From Spirochaetaceae bacterium (lineage in GTDB: Bacteria > Spirochaetota > Spirochaetia > DSM-2461): a DNA stretch of 64,000 bases. How positions within the stretch are numbered: position 1 is the stretch's first letter; each line of letters opens with the position of its first letter. Location of the stretch: the NCBI GenBank assembly GCA_965224705.1, contig OZ245056.1, forward strand, positions 992,001 to 1,056,000, written 5' to 3'. Positions 43,096 to 53,092 of the stretch are shown piece after piece. The translations under genes were made by a program, and so were the position numbers. The notes below the pieces were generated by a model. That model was given only the letters and a program-made list of their open reading frames with translations. It did no database searches and was not told the origin of the DNA.

Positions 43096-43248
43096 GATAC
43101 TTTTTTTCGCCTGAAAAAAGAACACAAAAAGCTCTCTTCTGCGGCACAAGTTATTCCTGAAACTGGAATTTCAGTCATAGTGTAATCGGCTTCAGTGGAT
43201 TAACAGGTTGACCTTTTTCAGGAACTTTGATAATTTGAATGAACTTTC

Positions 43249-43322
43249 GGGGGTGTAGCTCAGTTGGCTAGAGCGCGTGAATGGCATTCACGAGGTCGTG
43301 GGTTCGACTCCCTTCACCTCCA
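43249..43322 (+). tRNA. tRNA-Ala (GGC)
   Basis: Cloverleaf, G3:U70 pair, anticodon arm cgtga-at-GGC-at-tcacg. Confidence 0.95.
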
Positions 43323-43399
43323 TAACCCGGTTTGAGGACCCGGTCGTTCAGGGAAAACCACGGCCGGGAAACCTGGCGTCACCCTGCTCTACGGGGAGC

Positions 43400-43740
43400 C
43401 TCTCGACTCGGATGAGGCTCATCTGCACGAAGCTGGCCCTGATGAAAGAGGAACTGAGGAACCGGGAGAATTTGACCACTCTTTTCGATTATCCTGATGA
43501 AATCCGAACGATCATTGACATTGCGAATCCTTGGAGTCTGTCGGACTTTGAGACTTCGAGGCGATTTTTGATGATTTTTTCCTGATGCAAGGCGACAAAA
43601 ACGGAGCGTAGCTGGGCTACGTGAGTATTTTGGCAACGCAGCAGCAGGAAAAAAGGGCAAAAATCGAGCCGTGAGACATAAGTCCGACAGACTCCTTGAA
43701 CAGTGTAATCCGGGAATCAATCAAAAATCGCAGCGATATA
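43400..43740 (+). pseudogene. IS256-family transposase relic interrupted by a MITE
   Basis: ENLTTLFDYPDEIRTIIDIANP resembles IS256 L-x-x-FF-x-YP-x-EIRR-x-IYTTN. Confidence 0.55.
43534..43694. mobile_element. MITE copy 3 (161 bp)
   Basis: Same terminal IR; TSD CTTG. Confidence 0.92.
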
Positions 43741-43838
43741 TCTTTGTAAGATATGTTTTCCAGTCCATCTTAAGTTACCCTTATCGAATTTCCGCTCTTG
43801 CTTCCATTCCCCATAGCATTCCGCTATAATGCAATACT

Positions 43839-45593
43839 ATGCAAACCTTGCAACTGGGTATATCGGACTTCAAAGAATTCATCGACGTAGGCTGCTATTT
43901 TGTCGATAAGACCCATTTGATCGCCTATCTTATCAACAATCCCGACAAGGTTCATTTAATCACCCGTCCCCGCCGCTTCGGCAAAACCTTGAACTTAAGC
44001 ATGATTCGCTATTTCCTGGAGGCCCCATCTCCGCCAAAAGGGCCAAAATGGCTTGCCCGGTTTCGCCTACGCCGAGCTATTCCATCCAATGCCTATTTGT
44101 TCAAAGACCGTTTCATCGCCTCCCATCCGCACTGTACCGAGTTCATGGGGCAGTATCCGGTTATTCACTTGAGCTTCAAGAATGCAAAAAATAACTCATA
44201 CACCAAAACAATCAACCTCGTAAAAGAGGTTATCGCCATTGAATTCGACAGGCATGGATATCTAGCCGAACAAGGATGCTTAAACAGCAGGGAAGAAGTT
44301 TTCTTCACTAGCATAGTCAACCAGGAAGGTACAGATGAAGACTATGCAAAATCTATTAAATGGCTCTCCGCCTGGCTCCACCGCGCCTACGGCAAACCGC
44401 CCTACATCCTTCTGGACGAGTACGACACCCCCCTGCACTCGGCCCATGTAGACAAGTACTACGACCAGATGATCGCCTTTATCCGCAGCTTTATGGTGCA
44501 AACCTTCAAAGACAACCCCCACCTGAAGCAGGCTGTGCTCATCGGCATACTGAAAATTGCCCAGGAGAGCATCTTCAGCGACTTCAACAATCCCAGAGTC
44601 TCCACCATCCTTTCCTCGGCCATGAAAGACTGCTTTGGATTTACCGAGGCGGAACTTGAAAAAATGACCTCATACTTCGGTCTGGAAAGCAAAATGGACG
44701 GAATCAAGGAATGGTACAACGGCTACATCTTTGGCGGGGACACCGTCATCTACAATCCCTGGAGCATCGTCAATTACTTAAGCTCCCCCGATGAAGGATT
44801 GAAACCGCACTGGATAAGCACCAGCGACAACAGACTTGTCAAGGAAGTCATCAAATTAAAGCGCCGGGATGCGATAATGACAACGGAAAAACTCCTGCGG
44901 AAGGAGGAGGTGCGCAAGCCGCTATTAACCAACATTCCCTACACCCAGATAGAAAACGATCCGGATGTTGTATGGAGTTTTCTTCTCCACAGCGGCTACC
45001 TCAAGGCCTCCGAAAGGCAGCAGGAACACACGCATATAACATGGAGACTCTCCATTCCCAACCTAGAAGTGGAGACGGCCTGGGAGACCGTGGTGCTTAA
45101 CTGGCTGAAGGAGGATCTGTCCGTTAACGAGGATTTTACGGACTTTGTCAGCGGCATCAGAGAAGCCAATCCCGGGCTGATTGAACGCGGCCTGAAGAGA
45201 ATCCTCTTCGGCCTGGCCAGTTATTACGATAGCGTACGGGACGAGGAGGAGAGACGGGAAAACTTCTACCACGGTCTGGTACTGGGTCTTCTGGCCTATC
45301 TTGGTTCGGCCTATGCCGTAGACAGCAACCGGGAGTATGGGAGAGGCCGCTCGGACATTGTGGTGGTCAGGAAGGGAAGCGATCCTGCCCAGGCCGAAGA
45401 GGCTTTTGTGTTCGAGTTTAAGCAGGGAAATACGGCCGCGGATACATCACTGGAGGCCTTGGCCCAGGACGCTTATGCCCAGGCGGTGGAGGGATACCTT
45501 GAGGGTGTCAGGGAGAAATGGCATCCGAAGGAATTAATGGTTCTGGGGATTGGTTTCCGGGGGAAGGAACTGTCCCTGTATAGCGAGGCATAA
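43839..45593 (+). CDS. AAA-ATPase-like + PD-(D/E)XK (PDDEXK_9) protein, paralog 1
   Basis: YFVDKT, RPRRFGKT, LDEYDTP, WYNGY..YNPWS, ENFYH and GRSDI..FEFK motifs. Confidence 0.9.
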   Translation: MQTLQLGISDFKEFIDVGCYFVDKTHLIAYLINNPDKVHLITRPRRFGKTLNLSMIRYFLEAPSPPKGPKWLARFRLRRAIPSNAYLFKDRFIASHPHCTEFMGQYPVIHLSFKNAKNNSYTKTINLVKEVIAIEFDRHGYLAEQGCLNSREEVFFTSIVNQEGTDEDYAKSIKWLSAWLHRAYGKPPYILLDEYDTPLHSAHVDKYYDQMIAFIRSFMVQTFKDNPHLKQAVLIGILKIAQESIFSDFNNPRVSTILSSAMKDCFGFTEAELEKMTSYFGLESKMDGIKEWYNGYIFGGDTVIYNPWSIVNYLSSPDEGLKPHWISTSDNRLVKEVIKLKRRDAIMTTEKLLRKEEVRKPLLTNIPYTQIENDPDVVWSFLLHSGYLKASERQQEHTHITWRLSIPNLEVETAWETVVLNWLKEDLSVNEDFTDFVSGIREANPGLIERGLKRILFGLASYYDSVRDEEERRENFYHGLVLGLLAYLGSAYAVDSNREYGRGRSDIVVVRKGSDPAQAEEAFVFEFKQGNTAADTSLEALAQDAYAQAVEGYLEGVREKWHPKELMVLGIGFRGKELSLYSEA

Positions 45594-45667
45594 TCTCTCA
45601 CGGAACGAGTTCACGGAGATTACTCAAGGCTTCCATTCCCCATAGCATTCCGCTATAATGCAAAATT

Positions 45668-47470
45668 ATGCAAACCTTGCAACTGGGCATATCGGACTTC
45701 AAAAAATTTATCGACCTGGGCTGCTATTTTGTCGATAAAACCCATCTTATCTGTTACCTTATTGAGAATCCCGACGAAGTCCATCTTATAACCCGCCCCC
45801 GCCGCTTCGGCAAAACCCTGAACTTAAGCATGATCCGCTACTTCCTGGAAGCTCCCCTGCCGTCCCATACCGGCAATCCTTTTTTTGCCCCCGAAAACAC
45901 CGCTTTCCCCCCGCCTGAAACCTTGCGCTTCAACACTTTGCCCTCCGGTCAATCCAGCACTCACCACGCCTACCTTTTTGAGGATCTTGCAATCGCCTCC
46001 CACCCGCGCTGTGCCGAGTTCATGGGACAGTACCCGGTTATTCATTTAAGCTTCAAAAATGCAAAAAACAACGCATACACCAAAACAATCAACCTTGTAA
46101 AAGAAGTTATCGCCATTGAGTTCGACAGGCATGGATATCTAGCCGAACAAGGAATCTTAAACAGCAGGGAAGAAGTTTTCTTCACAAGCATAGTCAATCA
46201 GGAAGGTACAGACGAAGACTATGCAAAATCCATTAAATGGCTCTCCGCCTGGCTTCACCGCGCCTATGGCAAACCGCCCTACATCCTTCTGGACGAGTAC
46301 GACACACCCCTGCATTCGGCCCATGTGGACAAGTACTACGACAAGATGATCGCCTTCATCCGCAGCTTCATGGTGCAAACCTTCAAGGACAACCCCCACC
46401 TGAAACAGGCTGTGCTTATCGGCATATTGAAAATCGCCCAGGAGAGCATCTTCAGCGACTTCAACAATCCCAGAGTGTCCACCATCCTTTCCCCGGCCAT
46501 GAAGGACTGCTTTGGATTTACCGAGGCGGAAGTTGAAAAAATGACCTCGTACTTCGGTCTGGAAGACAAAATGGACGGAATCAAGGAATGGTACAACGGA
46601 TACATCTTCGGCGGGGAGACCGTCATCTACAATCCCTGGAGCATCGTCAATTACTTAAGCTCCCACGAGGAAGGACTGAAACCGCATTGGATAAGCACCA
46701 GCGACAACAGACTCGTCAAGGAAGTCATCAAACTAAAGCGCCGGGATGCGAAGATGACAACAGAAAAACTTCTGCGGAAAGAGGAGGTGCGCAAGCCGCT
46801 CTTAACCAACATTCCCTACACCCAGATAGAAAACGATCCGGATGTGGTATGGAGTTTTCTTCTCCACAGCGGCTATCTCAAGGCCTCCGAAATGCACCAG
46901 GAAGAACTGGGGACCAGCTGGAGACTTTCCATTCCCAACAAAGAATTGGAGACGGCCTGGAAAACCGTTGTGCGGAGCTGGCTGAAGGAGGATCTCTCCG
47001 TCAACGAGGATTTTACGGACTTTGTTAACGGCATCAGAGAAGCCAATCCCCAATTGATTGAACGCGGCCTGAAGCGAATCCTCTTCGGCCTGGCCAGTTA
47101 TTACGATAGCGCACGGGACGAGGAGGAGAGACGGGAAAACTTCTACCACGGCCTGGTGCTGGGTCTTCTGGCCTATCTTGGTTCGGCCTATGCCGTGGAC
47201 AGCAACCGGGAGTACGGAAGAGGCCGCTCGGACATTGTGGTGGTCAGGAAGGGAAGCGATCCTGCTCAGGCCGAAGAGGCTTTTGTGTTTGAGTTTAAGC
47301 AGGGAAACAGTGCCGCTGATACCTCACTGGAAGTGCTGGCCCAGGCCGCTTATGCCCAGGCCGTGGAGGGATACCTTGAGGGGGTTAGGGAGAAATGGCA
47401 TCCGAAGGAATTGTTGGTTCTGGGGATTGGTTTCCGCGGGAAGGAACTGTCCCTGTATAGCGAGGCATAA
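45668..47470 (+). CDS. AAA-ATPase-like + PD-(D/E)XK (PDDEXK_9) protein, paralog 2
   Basis: Same motifs; tandem duplicate of paralog 1. Confidence 0.9.
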   Translation: MQTLQLGISDFKKFIDLGCYFVDKTHLICYLIENPDEVHLITRPRRFGKTLNLSMIRYFLEAPLPSHTGNPFFAPENTAFPPPETLRFNTLPSGQSSTHHAYLFEDLAIASHPRCAEFMGQYPVIHLSFKNAKNNAYTKTINLVKEVIAIEFDRHGYLAEQGILNSREEVFFTSIVNQEGTDEDYAKSIKWLSAWLHRAYGKPPYILLDEYDTPLHSAHVDKYYDKMIAFIRSFMVQTFKDNPHLKQAVLIGILKIAQESIFSDFNNPRVSTILSPAMKDCFGFTEAEVEKMTSYFGLEDKMDGIKEWYNGYIFGGETVIYNPWSIVNYLSSHEEGLKPHWISTSDNRLVKEVIKLKRRDAKMTTEKLLRKEEVRKPLLTNIPYTQIENDPDVVWSFLLHSGYLKASEMHQEELGTSWRLSIPNKELETAWKTVVRSWLKEDLSVNEDFTDFVNGIREANPQLIERGLKRILFGLASYYDSARDEEERRENFYHGLVLGLLAYLGSAYAVDSNREYGRGRSDIVVVRKGSDPAQAEEAFVFEFKQGNSAADTSLEVLAQAAYAQAVEGYLEGVREKWHPKELLVLGIGFRGKELSLYSEA

Positions 47471-47502
47471 TCCGGCTGATAGGCATTTACGGGTCGCTTG
47501 CT

Positions 47503-47560
47503 GTTTGAACGGTGGTGCTATTTTTTTAAGTACGAAGGCTATTTGAAGGAGGACGAGATG
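47503..47560 (+). pseudogene. Rpn type B fragment
   Basis: FERWCYFFKYEGYLKEDEM is identical in translation to a segment of the 10611 gene. Confidence 0.8.
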
Positions 47561-47574
47561 TCGGTACGTCCTCC

Positions 47575-48273
47575 TTATCCCTCAAGAACCGCCTGTGTCG
47601 CAAGATTCAGAGAGTCTTCCACCGTCTTTCCAGGTGCCGCCTTACCCGCGGCACCCGCCGCCGAGATAGGCGCAGAACCCTTCACCGCATCCCTGGACGC
47701 TTTTTCATAACCGCGCTTCTCCGCCTCAGCGATTAACTCAGCGATCCTCTTGCCCTTCTTAAATATTTCATCCTGATCCTTTCCGGCCAGAATGAACCTG
47801 TCTTCTTCCTTGATTCCACAGCGCTCAGCCGCTAAACCCAGACATTCACCGAGGAACTTTTCCATACGCTCAGATTCCGCGCGCTTCTGTTTTTCCGCAC
47901 GTTCAGCCTCTTCCGCCTTCTTGCGCTCCTCTTCAGACATATGCTGTTTACGCAATTCCGCCATTTCTTTTTCGATGGCGGATACCCGCCTGGCCTGCCC
48001 GTCGCGGTCGGCCTTGAGCTTTTTCAGCTCCTCTTCCTTTGACTCAAGCTGTTTAGCCAGCTCGTCAGGTTTTGGAGCATTGAGCAGCTTCTCTTGCTCT
48101 TTGAGCTTTACAAGCTCTTCCTCTTTCGCCTTCAGCTGTGCTTTCAGTTCCTCCGGCTTCAGCCCTTCGCCGCCGCCTTGAGGCCCCGTATTACCACCCT
48201 GGCTCCCTTCGCCTCCGGTGCCGCCTGCAGCGCCTGCAGCGCCGGACTCTGGTGCCAACAGAATTTTGAACAT
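47575..48273 (-). CDS. Phage head scaffolding-like coiled-coil protein
   Basis: Gly-rich N-terminus, coiled coil and MSEEERKKAE motif. Lies downstream of MuF with an AGGAG SD. Confidence 0.65.
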   Translation of the reverse strand: MFKILLAPESGAAGAAGGTGGEGSQGGNTGPQGGGEGLKPEELKAQLKAKEEELVKLKEQEKLLNAPKPDELAKQLESKEEELKKLKADRDGQARRVSAIEKEMAELRKQHMSEEERKKAEEAERAEKQKRAESERMEKFLGECLGLAAERCGIKEEDRFILAGKDQDEIFKKGKRIAELIAEAEKRGYEKASRDAVKGSAPISAAGAAGKAAPGKTVEDSLNLATQAVLEG

Positions 48274-48493
48274 TTCTCCTCCCCTGGTTTGCTCAAAAGC
48301 ACACCCCAGTTGATTTTTTAGAGGGTAGAAGGATTGCTATGGACAAAACTAGAGAAGTTTTGTCATTTTGTTGAAATCTGGTTGACGTTCTTCTAAAAGG
48401 AGGATATATTCAAAGAGGAGGGGGGGGCTACGAAGTTCTTAGGAGCGGATAACCCTCTGCCGCCCGGCTGGGGTGTACTCCCAGCCATTTTTT

Positions 48494-48901
48494 TTACTTC
48501 TTCCACTTCAGTATCGCTGCCCTGGAATATCTAGTAACTGTTCTATCTTTTCTAATAACGGCAACCTCACGAATACTTGTATTCTGACGGATTCTGTCAG
48601 ATACAGCATCTTTGAGTTCAACTTCTTTTATCTCTGATTTTATATTCAGAATTATATTATCTGCTTGCTTTGCCGCAGTTCGGATGGATCTTTTTACAGT
48701 ATTCTTATTTGGAGCCGTTATAGTTTTAATCTCCCACTTTACCCCATCAATAAGCACATCTGCTGTTTTTTGCCCCTTAACATTGCTGGTGGGGCCAATA
48801 AACTGCACCATATATCCATCATTGGCCAGCACCGATGCGGCGGCAATATTTTGTCTATACTCGATATGCTCTTTATTAATACTATTAGGAATCCAAACCA
48901 T
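48494..48901 (-). CDS. CdiA-CT-like PD-(D/E)XK nuclease
   Basis: KTADVLIDGVKWEIKT..IRTAAKQADNIIL pattern. Confidence 0.7.
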   Translation of the reverse strand: MVWIPNSINKEHIEYRQNIAAASVLANDGYMVQFIGPTSNVKGQKTADVLIDGVKWEIKTITAPNKNTVKRSIRTAAKQADNIILNIKSEIKEVELKDAVSDRIRQNTSIREVAVIRKDRTVTRYSRAAILKWKK

Positions 48902-49790
48902 CCCGCCATTTTTCCCTACCCTTTAAGCTGAAAAATGGATCACCTCCGGCTTCCTTTGCCTTTTTCCATGCATCATACCCTATCCAGGGCCGCTTTCCAT
49001 CACCCCGCACATACCGCATTTGCGGCGGATACCCGGGTATTTGGGCACGCAGACTGCACCGGCAATGAATATCAAAGCTGGCGACACCCGACTGCAGCGG
49101 CGCCGCCACCTTACCCACCGGTGTATTGAAGAAGCCGTCCTCCCCGCGCTTCTGCCCATCGAGTTCCCCATGAGCGGCCCTGGTGCGCTTATCCAACGCG
49201 GCATCCCATACATACTCCAGTTCAATACCGAGCCCCTCAGCCTTCGCATACGCCGCCTGTTGGCCCTCAACGGCAGCACGCTGACCTTCCGTCCGTGCGA
49301 TCCTCGCGGATTTATACGCAGCACCCCTGCCCGCGTAACGGCCATTCTCCCTAAATCCCAGCACATCCCCAATCCGCTGACTCATCTTCTGGTAGGACTC
49401 GCCCCTCACAAGAGACAGCGTAATTTCGTTACGCACCTTATTGACCTTGACCGCCCTGTCAGTTGCCAGATCCTTGGAGTCAGAGAGCTTCGAAAGCGGA
49501 GATTTGACAATTGACGCAACGGTCTTATCCGGCACGGCCCCCCACACGAAAGCAAACCCGGCATCCTGATCAATTGCCCAGGCATGGCGGTTAAAAGAGT
49601 CCTTAAAAACAGCGATAGTCTGTTTTTCAATGTATGCATCAACATCCCGGAGGTTCTTGCCAAGCATATCCTTGATGCTTGCCTCCAGGGCCTGCAGCCG
49701 TTTATACCGGTTCATCTCCGTCCAATAGAGCTTTCCATCCTTTGCGTATTTTCGGTATAACTTTGCAAGGTCCTGCTGTATTGATTCGAG
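48885..49790 (-). pseudogene. Phage minor head protein (MuF / SPP1 gp7-like), 5'-truncated
   Basis: ARIARTE, WDAALDKRTRAAHGELDGQ and IHCRCS motifs. The N-terminus is cut at the 49791 repeat. Confidence 0.85.
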
Positions 49791-50675
49791 TGGTTGCGGA
49801 TGCACTCCGTTTTCTGATGTGTTATGTTTTCTGATTCCCAGGTACATACTCGTCGTAATTGCGCGCAGCAAAGCCGCCCGTTTCCAGGCGGCTCTTCTGT
49901 TCTCCGACCTCCCCGGGCCTTACGATTCATCAATCGGGTTTTCATAGTCGGGAACACCTTCTTCATCTATCGGATACAGCTTCCCGGCTATCCGCGCCGC
50001 TTCCCGGCCGTCATCCAGCACCACCACCAAGTCGTAGACCGGCAGCCCGCTGGTGTCCGCCGCGGCAATCTCCTCCTTGGTAACCCCCCGCACCGGGCGC
50101 CCGGAATAGTCGGTGTCTAATCCTTTTTCAGTCATCCCATCACCTCAAACAACGTGTCGATCTCCTGGGCGATCGGCACAAACTCATCGTGTGTCCACTG
50201 TCAAGTCTAATACCCGAATTCTCCGAATGCAAGCATCGTGTTCAGCTGATTCTTCATCGTCCGGTTGTCGCTTTTTCAGGCAATATACTGGTTGCGGATG
50301 CACTCTGTTTTCTGATGTGTTATAATGCACTTTGAATTGTTAAAATAGACCGCCTGGGACGCCGACTGCCGTCCGTAAACCATGCCCAAAGGCAGGCCCA
50401 GTGTATCCGGGATAGAACTCTCCACTGCACAGGCGGCCTATTGCCAGTATCGGAGATTGACGGGGGAATGTCAATTGATCGATTGCAAAAACATTGATTG
50501 GACGGAAATTGAAGGGGGAAAAGCTGGATTTCATCTACAAAGAGGCCCGAACTCTTCAGGAAAACCTTGGCAGGGACAAAGTGGCACTGCAGAACAATAC
50601 GGCGGCATTTCTTGCCGCCAGTGTGCCCGCCTTGAGCAGTTGGCGGATGCACTCCGTTTTCTGATGTGTTATAAT
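49791..50675 (+). repeat. Three dispersed copies of a ~33-bp motif
   Basis: GCGGATGCACTC(C/T)GTTTTCTGATGTGTTAT(AAT) at 49791-49825, 50289-50326 and 50643-50675. Confidence 0.85.
49920..50135 (-). CDS. Small hypothetical protein, possibly phage-derived
   Basis: 71 aa with a GAGGTG SD-like sequence upstream. Confidence 0.45.
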   Translation of the reverse strand: MTEKGLDTDYSGRPVRGVTKEEIAAADTSGLPVYDLVVVLDDGREAARIAGKLYPIDEEGVPDYENPIDES

Positions 50676-50759
50676 AGCTGCTGAGGGAGGGGGCTATGAT
50701 TGAAGGGAACATGAGTACCTAAAAGCAGATAAAACAGGAATCAGAGGAGAAAGTTTCTG

Positions 50760-52934
50760 ATGGCCAATTATTATGCCCATAGCAAAGAAAATATTGGAAC
50801 GGATCAATGGCATCTGCTGGAAGATCACCTAAAGGAAGTCGCCGGGATTGCGTCGGGATTCGCAAGCACATTTGAGGCGAAAGATTGGGCGAAGATCGCC
50901 GGAGAGTTTCATGATCTGGGAAAGGCCACACGGCTCTGGCAGGCCTATTTAAGAAAGGTCAATGGCATCGACGATGAGTTTGCAGGGGACTACGCAGGGC
51001 ATCCCACCCATGCCGATGTGGGCGCACGATTTCTTTACCAACGTTCCAGTGACGTGGGAATGCTTCTCGCCTATGTCATTGCCGGGCATCATGGGGGAAT
51101 GCCTGACTACCACGGGAAATCCGCGGGGACAGGTCTTAAAAGCAGACTGGAGAACAGCGGTGATTCGATATCAATGCCCATACCTAAGCCGGAGTTTCCA
51201 GAGAAGCCCCCATTTGACTTGAGCGATGCCGACAGAAGCGGGTATCAGCTTCAATTTTTCACCCGAATGATATTCTCCTGTCTGGTCGATGCGGATTGGC
51301 TGGATACCGAAAGGTTTATGGATGTGGATCGGGCCAATGGGCGCGGCGGGTTCCCCCTCCTTAAAGAACTGCATGACCGCTTTTGGGATTCCTTTAACCG
51401 TTTAAGGAGTCAGACCGATCCAAAGTCTCCTGTTAACCGGCAGCGTGAAGTCGTTTTGCAAGATTGCATCGACGCAGCCCAAAAGGAACCAGGGATTTTC
51501 TCTCTGACTGTTCCAACAGGCGGAGGCAAAACCCTGGCATCTCTGGCTTTTGCCCTGAATCACGCGAAGAAATATCACAAAACACGTATTATATACATAA
51601 TCCCCTTTACAAGCATCATCGAGCTGAATGCCCGGGTGTTCAGAGAGCATTTAGGGGAAGACGCGGTTTTGGAACACCACTGCAACTTTGTTCAGGATGA
51701 CGCGCAGTGGAAAACGCGCCTGGCATCGGAGAATTGGGAAGCTCCCATTGTGGTGACAACCAACGTTCAATTCTTTGATTCATTTTACGCTAACAAGCCC
51801 TCCCGCTGTCGAAAACTCCACAACATCGCCCAGAGTATCGTCATTTTTGATGAGGTACAGGCCATTCCGGTTGAAAAACTCAAGCCCTGTCTTGAAGTTA
51901 TCAAGGAACTCTCCCTAAACTATGGGGTAACCTCTGTGCTCTGCACGGCTACCCAACCGGCGGTGGAATATTCTGAGGATTTTCCCTCCGGTCTCAAAAA
52001 TGTCCGAGAGATTGTTCGGGATGTTCCCGATCTTTTTAGTCAGCTCAAAAGAACCAGGGAAGAATTCATTGGGGAACTTGATGAAGAAACCGTTGCCAGC
52101 CGTATCGCGGAACACGAACAGGTGCTTTGCATTGTCAACACCCGGAAACACGCCCTTGATATATTCAACGCCCTCCCGGATTCTGACGATGACTTCCACC
52201 TCAGTGCCCTCATGTATCCCAAACATAGAACGAAGAAACTCAATGAGATCCGTCAACGGCTTGGTGAGGGAAAGCCCTGCCGGGTTGTCAGCACCCAGCT
52301 CATTGAAGCCGGAGTGGATGTGGATTTTCCCTGTGTTTACCGGCAGGTCGCGGGAATCGACAGCATTGCCCAGGCTGCCGGTCGATGCAACCGCAATGGG
52401 AAGAGCGATACCGCCCAACCAGTCTATGTTTTTCGTCTTTCCGAGAAACATAGTACGTCATTCTTCCGCCAGGCCGCGCAATCGGCGGAAAAACTGTTTG
52501 AGTCCTATGCGGGAGAATTGACCAGCCCGGACTGCGTGAGGGCCTACTTTGAGGATTATTTCTGGAAGAATGAACAGAGGATGGATGGCGATGATATAGG
52601 CCGAAAATGCAGCCAGGCGGTCATGGGGAAGATACCATTTAAGGAAATTGCCGAGTTTCAGATGATTAAGAACGCGACTAATCCTGTCATTATCGCCCTG
52701 GACCCAGAGGCTTCCCGCCTGGTGGACTCTCTGAACTACAGCGAAAAGAATGGGGGGATACTTAGAAAGCTTCAGCAGTATACGGTGCAGATCTATCCCT
52801 ATCAAATGCAGGAAATCCAGGAATGGCTGGAAAATCCCCAGGAAGGAATACGTGTGCTAAGGGATCCGCAACTGTATTCTGATCAGACGGGGCTGGAGTG
52901 CCGGGCTCCTCAGGGGGAGGCGTTTTTCGCGTGA
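50760..52934 (+). CDS. cas3: CRISPR-associated HD nuclease/helicase Cas3
   Basis: YAHS, HDLGK, GHHGG, VDAD, VPTGGGKT, DEVQ and QAAGRCNR motifs. Confidence 0.95.
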   Translation: MANYYAHSKENIGTDQWHLLEDHLKEVAGIASGFASTFEAKDWAKIAGEFHDLGKATRLWQAYLRKVNGIDDEFAGDYAGHPTHADVGARFLYQRSSDVGMLLAYVIAGHHGGMPDYHGKSAGTGLKSRLENSGDSISMPIPKPEFPEKPPFDLSDADRSGYQLQFFTRMIFSCLVDADWLDTERFMDVDRANGRGGFPLLKELHDRFWDSFNRLRSQTDPKSPVNRQREVVLQDCIDAAQKEPGIFSLTVPTGGGKTLASLAFALNHAKKYHKTRIIYIIPFTSIIELNARVFREHLGEDAVLEHHCNFVQDDAQWKTRLASENWEAPIVVTTNVQFFDSFYANKPSRCRKLHNIAQSIVIFDEVQAIPVEKLKPCLEVIKELSLNYGVTSVLCTATQPAVEYSEDFPSGLKNVREIVRDVPDLFSQLKRTREEFIGELDEETVASRIAEHEQVLCIVNTRKHALDIFNALPDSDDDFHLSALMYPKHRTKKLNEIRQRLGEGKPCRVVSTQLIEAGVDVDFPCVYRQVAGIDSIAQAAGRCNRNGKSDTAQPVYVFRLSEKHSTSFFRQAAQSAEKLFESYAGELTSPDCVRAYFEDYFWKNEQRMDGDDIGRKCSQAVMGKIPFKEIAEFQMIKNATNPVIIALDPEASRLVDSLNYSEKNGGILRKLQQYTVQIYPYQMQEIQEWLENPQEGIRVLRDPQLYSDQTGLECRAPQGEAFFA

Positions 52935-53092
52935 ATTTAGCAGGTGAGCGGATTATATGCGTGGCGGATGAACTGCCCGGCAGGAACACGAGGGAGATAC
53001 AGAAGGTGGTCGAAGCGGTAGCGGGGCCTTGAAGTAGCTCGATCTGGCAACATTGGCACTACGGGGCATGCCCAAGGGCAAATTTTTTTAGA

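Noticed and set aside
48885..48925. Programmed -1 frameshift joining MuF to the nuclease
   Set aside because: The nuclease is in the +1 frame relative to MuF, so a -1 slip would not fuse them.
47575..50135. Intact prophage
   Set aside because: Only head-module fragments are present; no integrase, terminase, portal, capsid or tail genes.
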